A DNA stretch of 51,697 nucleotides, the filler included, from Catajapyx aquilonaris (taxonomy: Eukaryota): the NCBI GenBank assembly GCA_000934665.2. It is 2 parts of 2 records of this genome, joined end to end, with 100 filler letters (N's around TTAATTAATTAA, not from the genome) between each part and the next. Parts side by side here need not be neighbours in the genome. Positions count along the whole stretch, not along the records: positions 1 to 23,578 come from JYFJ02005656.1; 1 more part is not named here. One strand, given 5' to 3'. Every line of letters begins with the position of its first letter. The first letter of the stretch is position 1. A program made the position numbers and the translations under genes. Below, piece after piece: positions 1 through 12,004 of this stretch. The notes under the pieces were generated by a model. The model was not told the DNA's origin. It worked only from the letters and a program-made list of their open reading frames with translations, and searched no databases.

Positions 1-3000
1 CTTCAATAATAATTAAATTCCGAATACCTGAGCTATCCGAGCAGAGCTCTTCATGATGGGAATTTGTGTTCCCAATGAGTGCAGACAGTTGAATATTATT
101 GTTGGCAGTGTGCCCAGACCAGTTGAGTGACCCAGAGAATATTTACCTCAAAAGCTTAAAGCAAGGGAAAAAATGACGTGTAGAGGCGTACCTCAGTAAG
201 TACAGGTGAGGTGTATACCAATTTAGGACTAAGGTGGGAAAAGACATATGATATGATATACCCGAGCTAGGAAAACAAGTGAATGTGCCAGACAATATTG
301 TGTACCTACACGGATCCGACAAGCACCTGACCTCTTATTGTGTCAGCGGTTAGAGCAGAGGTTAAAATATTGTTTGGTGTGTCTACCTGAGCAATGATAT
401 TTTGTTCGTGATGACCAGAGGGCGGGTGCCACTCCATACCTGAGCAGACCATTTCAGAATAATAACCATTATTATCTCAGGTGAGAATAAAATCTTGGTA
501 GATCCGGATAATAGTAGCATAGTGGAACAATAATTGTGTGGATCATGATTTTTGCAAGACATAGCGGATGAAAATACCAGCCTGTGATATAATGGTCTGG
601 CTGACGGTTGCAGTAATTAATGTAAAGTGGAGTTAATTGATGAGCAAGCGTGTGTGCTATGTGGCATCCGCCGTTTAACCAAGAGGAGTGTAAAAATATG
701 AAGGTGATCAGTAATTTCTGTCTATGATGGAGGGCATCTGACCTAATGACAGTCCATTGTGAGAGGATGGTGTCGATAATATTTTTCAGACCCGCATGAA
801 GGTCATGGTATAGGAAAGAGACAATCTTTTACATAATTACGATGACGTCAGTGGAAGAATCTCAAGGCAATGCTAGTGCAAGATAGGTAAGCAAAATCAA
901 TAGACATATAGACAGATTTTAAAATCCCCAGAAGTAGCCAGGTGTCCCCATTACACTAATCAAGTAAGTGTAGATGCAGAAATAACCGCTAGTCACATAA
1001 TACTTGAGCAGGGCATCAAATCCTCATGACAGGATTTTTTTTGCTCTGGATGACTACAGACGGTTGAATTTTTTTTGCTGGCAATGTCCCAATCCATTAC
1101 GCTAATAATAATAATAATCAGAGAATAACCGGCAAGCTACACAAGCGGGTGGCAATGTGGCAAAATGAGCAGGGTCAACCATATGCATACAGGTGATGTG
1201 TTGCCGAGTGGGGCTACCTGCACAGGAGTGATCATCTTATTCTTGCTAAAGCAGTGAAAAAAAGTTTTAAAAACATCTTATTCTGGAAATAGTTTGCACA
1301 AACTGTATAGGGAGTCTCACATAATTAAGACAATTAAAGTCAAGTGGTGACATCATACACAACAGCTAGTGTTATGTGTAGGACTCATGGAGGTAAACAA
1401 ATATTGAAAGCATCGGTGGTCATGATAAGACTCTCATGAAGTGTTGTTAATATAAGGTAGTGGTTTTTTGGGTGTGATATAGGTGTAACAGAAGCGGGGG
1501 AAAAAAAAGGTAGTAATATTTTTCAAAGGAGTCTCAAAGAAGCAGTTGAAGACAGCTCGTGCCAGCTGAGCGATAATTAGAGCAGCTGTGATAATGATCA
1601 TGGGTTAGAGAAACCAGTCCAAATGTACACATAAAATATGAATGTCATGTGACTATCGAATAAAATGTAATATATCGATAGCTGTGCCTTTCATTCCTGA
1701 ATTTTGAACAGTTTCTTATATTTGTGGAAAAATTCGTAGTAAGAGTGATATAATGAAAAACAATATGCTTCAATATTTATCATTTTTACTCATGGTGGTC
1801 CTTTGGAATGTAAAAAAATGCCGAAAACATTCACCTACAGGGTGTTCCAGAATTTTTAAATACAAGTAGCCGAAAAACATTCACCTACAGGGTGTTCCAG
1901 AATTTTTAAATACAATTAACTTTAAATGCTATTAAATTATGATGAGAATACCCGAGCAGTGCATGAAGATAATATTTGAAATAACCACCATATTTTGTGC
2001 TCCAGATAACATGCAAACAAGAGCATTGGGTCAGACCAGTGACGTAGGCGGTGAGTTACCAGATAATATATTTATTTTACCTCAAATCAGAAATGTTGTA
2101 ACCTTAAATAGAGCGAAGCGAAGGAAAATGTCGACAACAGGGTGAGAGGAAAAGTCTGTAATAACCGGGACATGTATCGATAAGTGTGTCTCAATGATGA
2201 ATATCGAATTGCATGACACCTGTGACATAGGTGACACATATAATTCGAATCATCAATCAATCAACCCAAGTATGCGAAGAAAATGTAAAAATATAAAGGC
2301 AAACAGAAAATTCTGTCTGTGATAGAATGGAGGTCATTATGGAGACCAGTGAAGAAATAAAATTGTTACAGTTGAGGACTGTGTGAGAGTAATTATGTAA
2401 ATTGAGGCTAATAGGCGAGCAAGTGCAAGGCATGAAACTCAACCAAAGTGAACAGAAAATTCTTTGGTGGATGGCACCGCTTAGAATTTTCCAGACACTG
2501 CGCAACTATACAGAAGCATCCCGATCGAAATAAGTCATTGAATAAATTACGAGGAAATATAATGATTCTTTATGTTAGAGTAATTATAACAAGTAGTGGG
2601 ACACGTGGCGCATCATACATCCGAGCAAGGGAAAATTAGTGCAAATATTCGGTGCGGAGAGACTTTGGAGTGTAAAAATTCACTTCCCCGAGCTGGATGG
2701 AGGGAGAGGATGTTAGCAATAATAGTTTTCCAAGCACATCGTGAAGGTCATGTAATATCACATCTGAGGAAATAAACCATCTAGTCGATGACTCCAATAG
2801 TATGAATGTCAAGGCAGTGCTATTGTGGGTGTGTGGAAGGTAAGCAAATCATATGTCTTTCTATTATTGCAATATATCCAGACGTACCTCTAATATGTGT
2901 AATATTTTGCGAATGATAGCATTAAAAAAAATCGTACTATCTGAAGGACGACTCGATGCATATTGTCAAATGAAGATAAAATTAACATTGTATATTCAGT

Positions 3001-3520
3001 ATGATATTATTACTTGTAAACAATTCTTTGATTTTCAAGACTGTTAGGCATCATTTCCATGAACTCAAATGTTTCCATATGACTATGTGCCCCAATGGAG
3101 AGGTCAGGTCTTGAGTGTAAAATAAAAAGGTAGGAATCCAAATATGGACAGAAAATTCACCTTTTATTCACCCTGAGCTGTGATTGGGCAACTCATTGAC
3201 TGTGATAGGCAGACAGTCCAACGACTGTAGCTCATGGATGGAGGGGCCAATCAATGGACACCCAACCTGTCTATAAAGGTGAATATTATGAATTGTGCTC
3301 AAGCTGAATTGCCAGAGGACAGTAATATTTTTGTCTCCTGATGACAGGGTGAGTGAGTCATGCAGATTTTTATATTGCATTTGAAAGCACTGGTAGACAT
3401 AGGGACCAAATTCACTTCCCCGAGCTTGATTAACCCAAGGACTCGAAGCCATCACGATGGAGGGGTTAATTGTTCGCTCTAGCAACGCACATCTGTAATG
3501 GTAGATATTTTAGGTTGTGA
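1..3520. repeat. Highly degenerate repetitive region (old satellite or segmental duplication)
   Basis: Recurrent ACC(T/C)GAGC-like words. Block ~795-900 (gaaggtcatg...gatgac...tcaaggca.tgcta...ggtaagcaaa) recurs at ~2740-2850, and aattcacttccccgagct occurs at ~2677 and ~3409. No credible ORF. Confidence 0.35.
1743..1938 (+). repeat. Interspersed repeat copy (other copy 11861-12003) with an internal 49-bp tandem duplication at 1820-1915
   Basis: gagtgatat(t)aatgaaaaacaatatgct...ggtgttccaga...aattaa is shared with 11861-12003. gccgaaaacattcacctacagggtgttccagaatttttaaatacaa occurs twice in tandem. Confidence 0.75.
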
Positions 3521-3798
3521 GATTTAAAAAATATATGTGCAAGGATATTATCAATGATCTAATTTGTATTAAGCAATGCATATACCTGAATTATCGAACC
3601 TGATGACTTATGCAACCACTAATAAACCAGATCTGAAAAGCTAATGTTAGCCCAATTTATTCCATCGGAGGTGATGCGAAAATAAATATATTATAGTTTG
3701 AAGTGAAGGTCATATGCTAAATAAAATAAACTATAGTATGTTCACTGAGGGGGTTGTCTACTCCATCACCAACAAACAAGCCATGTGATGATTTGTGC

Positions 3799-4185
3799 AG
3801 CGCTAAATACATTCATTTAAACGGTATTTACGTTGCCTTGAAACGCTGAAGCGAACGTTATTAGCGTTATTAGCGTTATTTTAAACATTCACATCATTCA
3901 CTCATATGGAACGGTATTTGACGTATTTAAAGCGCTAAATACGTTCATTTAAACGGTATTTACGTTGCCTTGAAACGCTGAAGCGAACGTTATTAGCGTT
4001 ATTAGCGTTATTTTAAACATTCACATCATTCACTCATATGGAACGGTATTTGACGTATTTAAAGCGCTAAATACGTTCATTTAAACGGTATTTACGTTGC
4101 CTTGAAACGCTGAAGCGAACGTTATTAGCGTTATTTTAAACATTCACATCATTCACTCATATGGAACGGTATTTGACGTATTTAA
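3799..4185 (+). repeat. 132-bp tandem repeat, 3 near-identical copies
   Basis: Units start agcgctaaatac at 3799, 3931 and 4063. The third unit lacks one 9-bp attagcgtt sub-repeat. Confidence 0.92.
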
Positions 4186-4363
4186 ATCATTAAATTCGTT
4201 TTAATTGAGATGGTATTTACGTTTAATGGAGACGCTAAATCGAATGTATTGAACCGTTACTTGGTGAGAGTAAGAAAAAAGATATAATATTAATTTGTAT
4301 TTTTCATTAAAAAATTAATTTGAAATGGAAATGAATATTTGTTTCAGAGTAATACTCTATTAA

Positions 4364-5210
4364 AGTGAGCGTTACACGCGACCGTTAGATCCATTAAATG
4401 AGCGTTCGAAATTAATTACCACTGAGGTCATTAGGCGTATTAGGCAATTCAGGAATCTGACTTCCTGGGTTGTTTGGATGATCGACAAATCAGGTGCCAC
4501 GCCCCCTGAAGTAAGTGCGCATGCGCCCTGCCTGACTTCCCAAGCTCAGGAACTTAGTGTACTCCTGACCTGACTTACTTGCTGAGAAACAATTAACAAA
4601 CAAATTATCGTTATGGATGCGACAGTGTTGCCAATGCAAAATGCCCCAAAAAACCCGCGAGAGGACCTGAAAATACCCGATTTTACCCGCGTTTTCATTT
4701 TACCCGCACCGTTACCCGCAAGCATCCGAAATACGGCACTGAAATACCCGAACATTGGCATATCACTGGGATGCAGCACAGGCGGGTAGGGGGGTCTCTC
4801 AGTTCGGCCGTTCGGCAATAATCTTCTGAGGGGCAAGGCTAACAACTCAGATATCACGTGACGCATCTCAGAATAATCTGAATTGCTGAATACACCTATT
4901 AAGTGACCGTTACATGTGACCATTTATTATTGTTAAGTGGTAACAATTAAGCAGACATTAAGTGAAATTAATTACTGTTAAGTAATAACAATTAAGCGAT
5001 TTGATATGACGAGTGAGCGTTACGCGCAACCGTTAGATCCATTAAATGAACGTTCGAAATTAATTACCAGTGAGGTCATTAAGTGATCGAGTTGAAAAGT
5101 GACCGTTACATGTGACAATTTATTACTGTTAAGTGATAACAATTAAGCGGCCGTTAAGTGAACTTAATTACTGATGAGTAATAACAATTAAGCGATTTGA
5201 TATGACGTGT
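4364..5210 (+). repeat. Interleaved direct repeats (~70 bp and ~110 bp units)
   Basis: agtgagcgttac.cgc.accgttagatccattaaatga.cgttcgaaattaattacca.tgaggtcatta at ~4364 and ~5012. aagtgaccgttacatgtgac...aacaattaagcgatttgatatgacg at ~4901 and ~5097. Confidence 0.8.
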
Positions 5211-5937
5211 CGTACTCCTCTATGTGATCGCGGCTCATTGAGAGTCACCTGTACGTATCTGACAGGTAAGAATGGAGGCGTCACTATGCAATTAAAACGA
5301 GCGTCATTAGCGTTTATTGAGATCATTGGAATGCCACTAATTAACATGGCTATGACATATGTCCATATGATAATCATCTCAGTTGTCAGCTACTCACATC
5401 CTCAACAATGACACGGAGATATTGTAGATAATAGGAAAACAGAAGGAGAACATGAGTACAGTTTTCATAATTATTTACTAAAAGCAGTGTTATTACCAGT
5501 AATATAGTTATTATTATTTATTATTGACTAATCGAGTAGATGAGATCCAAAACACACGTAAATGAATGTCTGAAAGCGAGGAAGTCAGGTACCTACTCAC
5601 AGGTCAATACTTGACACACATATTCACACGTCTTATAGCAATTACTCCAGGTAAGTGTAAATGGGCAAATAATAGGTGAGAAGGATACTTGACACTACTT
5701 AACACACATATTTGTACGTCTGAGAGCATCTAATATTGTGTACAATTAATATTATTAACACTGAACACACCTGTACACAGGAGCCAACAATATTGCAGGT
5801 GAGAATCCAACGTGTATACAATAAGGCCCTACACCTGTATAGCCCCTATACGTGTATGACTTATTGACAACAAATCACGGTTCTTCACTGCCCAATTAAA
5901 ATCAATTACTCGTCTACGTACACGTACCAAAATCAAT

Positions 5938-6019
5938 CAATCACTAATCGGCGGCTTAGGTTAGGTTATGTAGGGTTGGTTAGGGTAGGTTAGAGTAATG
6001 CGCCGCCGATTAGTGATTG
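5938..6019. repeat. 18-bp perfect hairpin enclosing degenerate TTAGG repeats
   Basis: caatcactaatcggcggc (5938-5955) pairs with gccgccgattagtgattg (6002-6019). The loop contains ttaggttaggttatgtagggttggttagggtaggttag. Confidence 0.8.
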
Positions 6020-7020
6020 TACCAAAAAGTCGCCATGAAATTTAAGAACTTCTAGAAAAAACACTGTTAGTAGGTGAAAATAACATTTCTGGATGCTTTC
6101 GCGGTCCTAATTTTGATTTTTAGGTTATTTTGAACTAGGACATACAGGGTGTACCATAAAAGACCACCGAATTTAAGAACTTGTAGAATCTACATTATAA
6201 GTACCGATAGGTGAAAAAAATATTTTCCAATGTGTTGGGGAACACTGATTTTGATTTTTAAGCTATATTGAAACCGGACCTACACCCTGTATCAAAAACA
6301 CCATCAAATTTGAGAGCTCATGGAATAAATAGTGGAATTAGTTGAAAATGATGTTTCTGCACAAAATTGCGATTGCTGTTTAAATTATGTAGTTTTATGT
6401 TATGTAGGCACTCAAAACTTTAGAAAGCACACTGTGCTTCTGAAAAATGTAGAAGTTATTAATTAATGATCTTTGAAATTCAGTTTAGGACATAAATTGA
6501 ACCTCTCTCGCATGCACCTCTCAGGTGTTTTCATTTCTAAAATTACGGCTAGCAGGTATTAGCAGCTGGATTATGATTTTCTAGTTACAGCACATCCTGA
6601 AGGTCGCCATAACAGCAATTTCATGATGTCGTCGCGTGTCACGCCTTTTTCAGGATAGGATTTATCAAACGAACACCAAAAAAATGAAGCTATTTTAAAA
6701 AATTTATTTTATAAAAATTAAAAATAATTAGTAAATAAATAAATGATTTAATTCTGTTTGTAACCCTCTCATTTTATTAAGAACATTATTTATCCTATAC
6801 AAGTTATTACATTCGACAGTGTTTTCGGTACACCCTGTAGGTCTTGGTTCAAAATAACCTTGAAATCAAAATCAGTGACGTCGAAAGCATCGGGAATTGT
6901 TACTTACACCTACTTATAGAACACCTACTTTCTAGAAGTTCTTGAATTTCATGGCGACTTTTTGGTACACCCTGTATGTTCTGGTTCAAAATAACCTGAA
7001 AATTGAAATCAGCGACCCCT
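6019..7020. mobile_element. Foldback-type element with long diverged inverted arms built from ~135-bp subrepeats
   Basis: gtaccaaaaagtcgccatgaaatttaagaacttctagaaa (6019) is inverted at ~6929-6968. The unit containing ttttgatttt..g.tat.ttgaa...gga..taca is repeated in the left arm and inverted in the right arm. Confidence 0.6.
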
Positions 7021-7477
7021 AAAACATGGGGAGACAGGTTTTTTACGTACTTGGACGGTTTTGTTGAGGAGCTATCATTTTAGATAGTGGTTTTTCTGAT
7101 ATCAAATACTGTGCGACAGGCCGTCACATTCAGCCCTGCTTCAACCCATCTCATGGCTCCAACCATGTTCCAGAGTATCTCTGCAAGCACACTACTGCAC
7201 ATGGTCAGAAAAGACAGCTGGTGTGACGTCAGATGGTTCTCTCGTTTAAAGGACTGTGCGTTGAGAGGTTTCCATAATAAGATTGAGTTATACGAGAACT
7301 ATTTTTAAATTAAGGTCTGATGAGCTGTGAAATAAAAAAAACAAGAGTAATCCAAAATATTTTAATACTCGCAAAAGTGATGGTCATTATTCTGCTACTT
7401 CTCCACATACAGTTGGGGCAAGCTGACCGCAGAGATTTGGGCGTGGATTGTGTCCTGTCAATCAAAATTAGCCCCGC

Positions 7478-7848
7478 ACCCCTACCAGTCGACCCAGCCC
7501 CCGGACACTCCCCGCCATTTTGTGTAAGCTTAGCTCTGCTCCCCCACCGAGAGGGGTTTGCCACATGCGGTACTGGGATCAGGAGCCAAGATAGCTGCGC
7601 CGCCACAAGCGGGAAATTGTGAACCATATGGGTAGACTCCAATAGGCTGGAGTAGTTAAGGCCTCCTACACTACCCAAGCCAATTGGAGTCGACCCATAT
7701 GGTTCACAATTTTCCCCTAGTGGCGGTGGCTCCTGATCCCAGGGCCGCTCGTGGCAAACCCCTCTCGGTGGGGGAGCAGAGCTAAGCTCACAGGGGGAGC
7801 TATGTATAAGGTATACCAGTGTCCTGGAGTTCGGTCGACCAGTCGGGG
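7478..7848. mobile_element. Foldback/MITE-like palindrome
   Basis: agcttagctctgctcccccaccgagaggggtttgccac (7527) is inverted at ~7751-7788. Inner arms aattgtgaaccatatgggt.gactccaat are also inverted, and outer arms read gtcgacc...ggacact / agtgtcc...ggtcgac. Confidence 0.8.
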
Positions 7849-8268
7849 TTCGATAGGTTGGAAATAGGATCACGTTTTGCAGATAAGAAACTATCGGGAA
7901 TGTGGCACACATTTGATGAATTGCTTGTCTGTTGCTCATGCCGAGTTCCAGTTGGGAGTTATGTCACAGAAATAAATTGTTGCGCACTGGTGGCAGGTAA
8001 TGAAGGACTTAGTCTAAATTCCCTTACCAAAAAAAAACTCGGCAGAGAGGTGAGCTGAACAACACTTCTATTCTCTGATGTCAATCAATCAATCAATCAA
8101 TCAATCAATTGCTTTATTTCCCAGATGCAGCTATTCTCTGATGTTAGCTTGTGCCTACTAACTCTCATAACTCTCAGAAGATTGTTAACTAATACGAAAT
8201 TCGATTTCGGGGATGTGAATCTATTTTAACATGCTTTAAGTTGGTTGGACACTTATCTTACATAATTA

Positions 8269-8813
8269 CAGGGCGTTTCAGAGTCACGGGTCAAGCAAGC
8301 GCGAGGGGGTGGGGGAAAATCTTAGGTCGGTTTTATAAAACAATTAGAAATACAGCAGTAATCAATTTATTTATTACGGCCGAACGGCGTGACGTCACAT
8401 CCTTTCAGTTCGAATCGAGTGGCGTGGACTGGCAGGTTGAACCTGGTTGAGTAGCTTTTTTGCCTTTTTAGCCTTGCGGGTTACACTGAAAAAGGCGCTC
8501 TCATGCTACATCGGCAGGGTACTGAACACACCACTGTACAGTAGTACACTACTTTGTACAGTACCCTGCCGGTAAGAGCACCTTTTCTTGTGACACCCGC
8601 AAGGCTAAAAAGCCGTTCAACCAGGTTCAACCTGCCAGTCCGTGCCACTCAATTCGAACAGAAAGAATGTGACGGCACACCGTACAGGCGTAATAAATAA
8701 ATTGATTACTGCCGTATTTCTAATTGCTTCATAAAGCTGACCGGGGTTATCACCACCAACGATTTTTCCCCACCCCCTCGCGCGCGCTTGACCCATGACT
8801 CTGAAACACCCTG
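8269..8813. mobile_element. Tc1/mariner-type MITE, 545 bp, almost fully self-complementary
   Basis: TA|CAGGGCGTTTCAGAGTCA ... TGACTCTGAAACACCCTG|TA. The two arms give the near-identical 'ORFs' 8241+ and 8617-. Confidence 0.9.
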
Positions 8814-8933
8814 TATAATGTGTTACTGGCAAGGTGTGAAATTCCGGCATTGTAGAGAATGCCTGGCGTTTTTAGGGAAAGTACGAAATGTCTGTGTTGT
8901 TACATACTTCAATAGAATGCCTAAAGACAAAGC

Positions 8934-9411
8934 GGCAAAGTATAGAAAACTGCCGCCAATGATGCTTGGGTCCTTGTTTGGCGGTGGCCAACCACGACAA
9001 CTGGCCAAAGGTCAATCCACTGCCGTGTCATTTCATTGCGGTCAAATTGGTTGCTGCCGTTTGGTTTCTGCAGCAACCAAATGGCAGCATCCAATTTGAC
9101 CGGAGCACTGTGGCGCCACAAGACGGGCTGTAATGTTGCGGATACACAACCCACAATAAGCGCCCAGCTCACTAACACTCACAATTAAGCTAAATATCAT
9201 CACTCAATGTGATGTACTGTGCCTGGCAGGGCCACAAGACAGACAGGACTAGTGCCGGTCACCCCAAAGCCATACAGATGACAAACACAATGGGCACACA
9301 ACACAAAGTTACCGCAACTAAATGACTAGGCAGCGAATTGACCTTTGTCATGCTTGGCCACCGCCGAACAAGGACCCAAGCATCACTGGCAGAAGTAGTC
9401 TATACTTTGCC
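8934..9411. mobile_element. Non-autonomous TIR element (~65-bp TIRs)
   Basis: ggcaaagtatag...tgatgcttgggtccttgtttggcggtggccaa is inverted at ~9352-9411. Confidence 0.8.
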
Positions 9412-9828
9412 ATTAGGCTTTTAGTATTTCGGACATTGCTGCTAACATGCGATATCAAGCACACAGTTTGTAATATACAATTATTTTAAATGGCAGCACA
9501 AATGTTCATTTCTTTATTGCTAAAATATCGTCAATCCAAAAAATTATTTCAACAGCTCTTAAATGATGCTGCCAATGTTTTCGAGACATTTCCGTAAAAT
9601 ATAGAGAGAGTACACTATTGTGATATAAGAAAGGCAGGGGGTGAAGGGGAAGAGACCAAACAATCCTTGTTGGGGTTGCTTAGGCCGCTCATTCTGTGAT
9701 AAACAATTCACTACCAGGTGCAGGTGTAGATTTGGAATAGGGCCAGCCCACTTGCGAGGCGCACACATAGGGTGGGACCTGGTCTGGTTGGGGTTGGCGT
9801 GACACTGGACTTGTGTTCCTTCTTCCAG

Positions 9829-10329
9829 GGAGATGCACAACAGTTGAAGAGCAGGACAAAGGAGAGACCCTTCCCAGCCATGGACATGCTCAAATTGGGA
9901 ATATTCCCTTGTCCCCACTGCCCCAACGTCTTCAGAAAGAAGCTTGATTTGGTGGCACACAACACGACCCATTCAAAGTGGGACAGGGTGAAGGTGGAGG
10001 TCAAGGAGGAGGAGCCAGTGGGGGTCACGTTCAACAAGGATGAGGTGGAGGCCATGGGAGGTTGGAAAGGAAGAGGTGCCCTGAGGGTCAAGGAGGAGCC
10101 AGGGGAGGAGGAGGGCAACAGCAGCCAGGAAATGAGTGTCTCTGGTGCAGAAGAAGAGGAGGAGGAGCCAGGGGAGGAGGAGGGCAACATCAGCCATGAA
10201 ATAAGTGACCCTGGTGCAGAAGAAGAGGAGGAGGGCAGAAGGAGGGATCAGGATGACACTGATCATCCAGCCAGAGAGGTGGAGGAGACTGGGGGTAGAA
10301 GTGACGGAGACGGAGGAAGGCAAGAGCAG
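9829..10329 (+). CDS. C2H2 zinc-finger gene, exon A: one finger, VKxE motifs and a Glu-rich region
   Basis: Phase-0 acceptor tcttccag|GGA at 9829, or a Kozak-context gccATGg at 9880. Encodes FPCPHCPNVFRKKLDLVAHNTTH, then VKVE, VKEE, VKEE. Has a 69-bp in-frame duplication (10093-10161, 10162-10230). Phase-0 donor CAG|gtgag after 10329. Confidence 0.8.
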
Positions 10330-10460
10330 GTGAGAAAGCAGATATTGGGCATGTTCGCATAATGGAGTGAAAAGTGGGGTGCCAAAAGTGATCTAAAAAA
10401 CCTACAGTTTTAACCAACTTAAAGGATCTCCTCAAGGGTTGACTTGTCTCATGACTGTAA

Positions 10461-10463
<3 letters not shown>

Positions 10464-10540
<77 letters not shown>
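10464..10540. repeat. (AAT)n microsatellite
   Basis: Pure trinucleotide run. It is the source of the spurious poly-Leu ORF. Confidence 0.97.
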
Positions 10541-10541
<1 letters not shown>

Positions 10542-10629
10542 CTGGGTAATGCTTTGGGGTATATCGCACAGATCTTGATTATTATGCAGTGTACACTATT
10601 ATACAGTGTACAGTACACTGTACAGATGG

Positions 10630-10888
10630 AAACTTTCTATGAAGTGCCCTGGTCCGGGGCAGGGTGACTGGGAAGGGATAATGTGCAAGGTACTGTGCCA
10701 TGTTGTTGCTATGGTCATTTGGTGAACTCCCCCGGGTGGTTAGTTAGCAGAAATCCCACCTGAGAGGAAGCCAGAGATGACCCCGAACTCTGCATGAGAT
10801 GAAGGGGAGAATGCCTGGGCTTGGGATCGAACCAGGGACCGTTACATCCGTGGGCGCATACGCTACCGCAGCACCACTCCGCCTCCCC
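10630..10888 (-). mobile_element. tRNA-derived SINE (3' limit uncertain)
   Basis: The minus strand begins ggggaggcggagTGGTGCTGCGGtagcg...cctGGTTCGATCCCaag, giving Pol III A and B boxes, followed by a non-tRNA body. Confidence 0.6.
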
Positions 10889-11011
10889 ATTCACGACTAA
10901 ATTGCCTGTTGGTTGACCTTCATCTAAAATAGGTCAGGTTCAATTAGACAGAGTTAATGATGGCTGGTGAGGCAAACCAAGTGGTACTTTCTGCACTGGT
11001 TGCTCATTAAC

Positions 11012-11211
11012 TGAAGGGCTCTCTGCAATAACCAGGTATGTGCACTTAGGTATTTTTTTCCTGAGATTTAAAGTGAAAACAGGTAGGTCCAGAATCATAC
11101 CTGGTTATTGCAGAAGAACCTTTTTCTGCAATCTGGGCAATGTGGACTTACTTTAGGCTTTTCACTTTAAACCTCAGTTGCGCATACCTTGTTATTGCAG
11201 AGAGCCCTTCA
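11012..11211. mobile_element. MITE with PIF/Harbinger-like termini
   Basis: tgaagggctctctgcaataac ... gttattgcagagagcccttca, with internal copies of the gttattgcag motif. Confidence 0.75.
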
Positions 11212-11262
11212 ATTGTTAATAATTAAATTACATCAAGTCAATTTCTCACGTTCTCATTGCAG

Positions 11263-11385
11263 GGATTGGAACCCTTCATCCTGCTGTATCAGCTTCTCTA
11301 CTGTGATCATTGCAACAGTGCATTTGCCACAAAGAGGGACCTGGAGAGGCACATGCTGAAGAAGCACATCAATCCTCAGCTTCAG
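11263..11385 (+). CDS. C2H2 zinc-finger gene, exon B (single finger; absent from the ORF track)
   Basis: ttctcattgcag|GGA...CAG|gtaaat, 123 nt, phase 0-0. Encodes GLEPFILLYQLLYCDHCNSAFATKRDLERHMLKKHINPQLQ. Confidence 0.85.
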
Positions 11386-11506
11386 GTAAATTAATAAATC
11401 TAATTATAAATTTTAGTTAGGGCTTCCTATGTAGAGGGATTTCCATTAACCCTTTGACCCCTGATTTTTTTGGGCCTTTTTCTTCTTTTTTTGACCAAAA
11501 TTTGTA

Positions 11507-11842
11507 CAGTGCTGGACATAATAGCCGTCGCTGAATGTTTTTTTTCCGGCGGAGGCGGCGTTACCTGGCAACCCTGTCCGGCGGGCAAATTCAAACATCT
11601 GCCCATGGAGATCGCTTCCATTGTTGCCACTGTTTACAAATCGAACGAGTGACGCGGACGACCCAGCGACGGGTCTCTTCTGCCTGCGCACTCACTCACT
11701 CGATTTGTAAACAGTGGCAACAATGGAAGCAGTCTCCATGGGCAGATGTTTGAATTTGTCCGCCGGACAGGGTTGCCAGGTAATGCCGCCGCCGTCGCCG
11801 CCGGAAAAAAACATTCAGCGACGGCTATTATGTCCAGCACTG
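11507..11842. mobile_element. Tc1/mariner-type MITE, 336 bp
   Basis: TA|CAGTGCTGGACATAATAGCCGTCG ... CGACGGCTATTATGTCCAGCACTG|TA, with ~145-bp inverted arms. Confidence 0.92.
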
Positions 11843-12004
11843 TACAGTACTGGATAGTAGGAGTGATATTAATGAAAAACAATATGCTCAAATATTTATC
11901 TTTTTACTAATGTTGGTCTCTTTGAAAGTAAATTGCTGACAAAATTCAATTACATGGTGTTCCAGATTTTTTTAATGCTATTAACTTCAAACGTAATTAA
12001 ATTT

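Noticed and set aside
3799..4185. CRISPR array
   Set aside because: The units are contiguous 132-bp repeats with no unique spacers.
5924..6027. 9-bp GTACCAAAA TSD making the TTAGG hairpin a Mutator MITE
   Set aside because: The right copy is part of the adjacent foldback subrepeat and overlaps the stem, so the TSD is not secure.
7317..7340. Hammerhead ribozyme at ctgatgagctgtgaaa
   Set aside because: No convincing stems I-III or cleavage triplet could be formed.
8241..8850. Pairs of similar ORFs on opposite strands (also 11470/11634 and 27133/27246)
   Set aside because: They are artifacts of MITE inverted arms.
9559..10323. Antisense ORFs over ZF exon A, and 17607-17870(-)
   Set aside because: They are shadow frames of the real + strand coding sequence.
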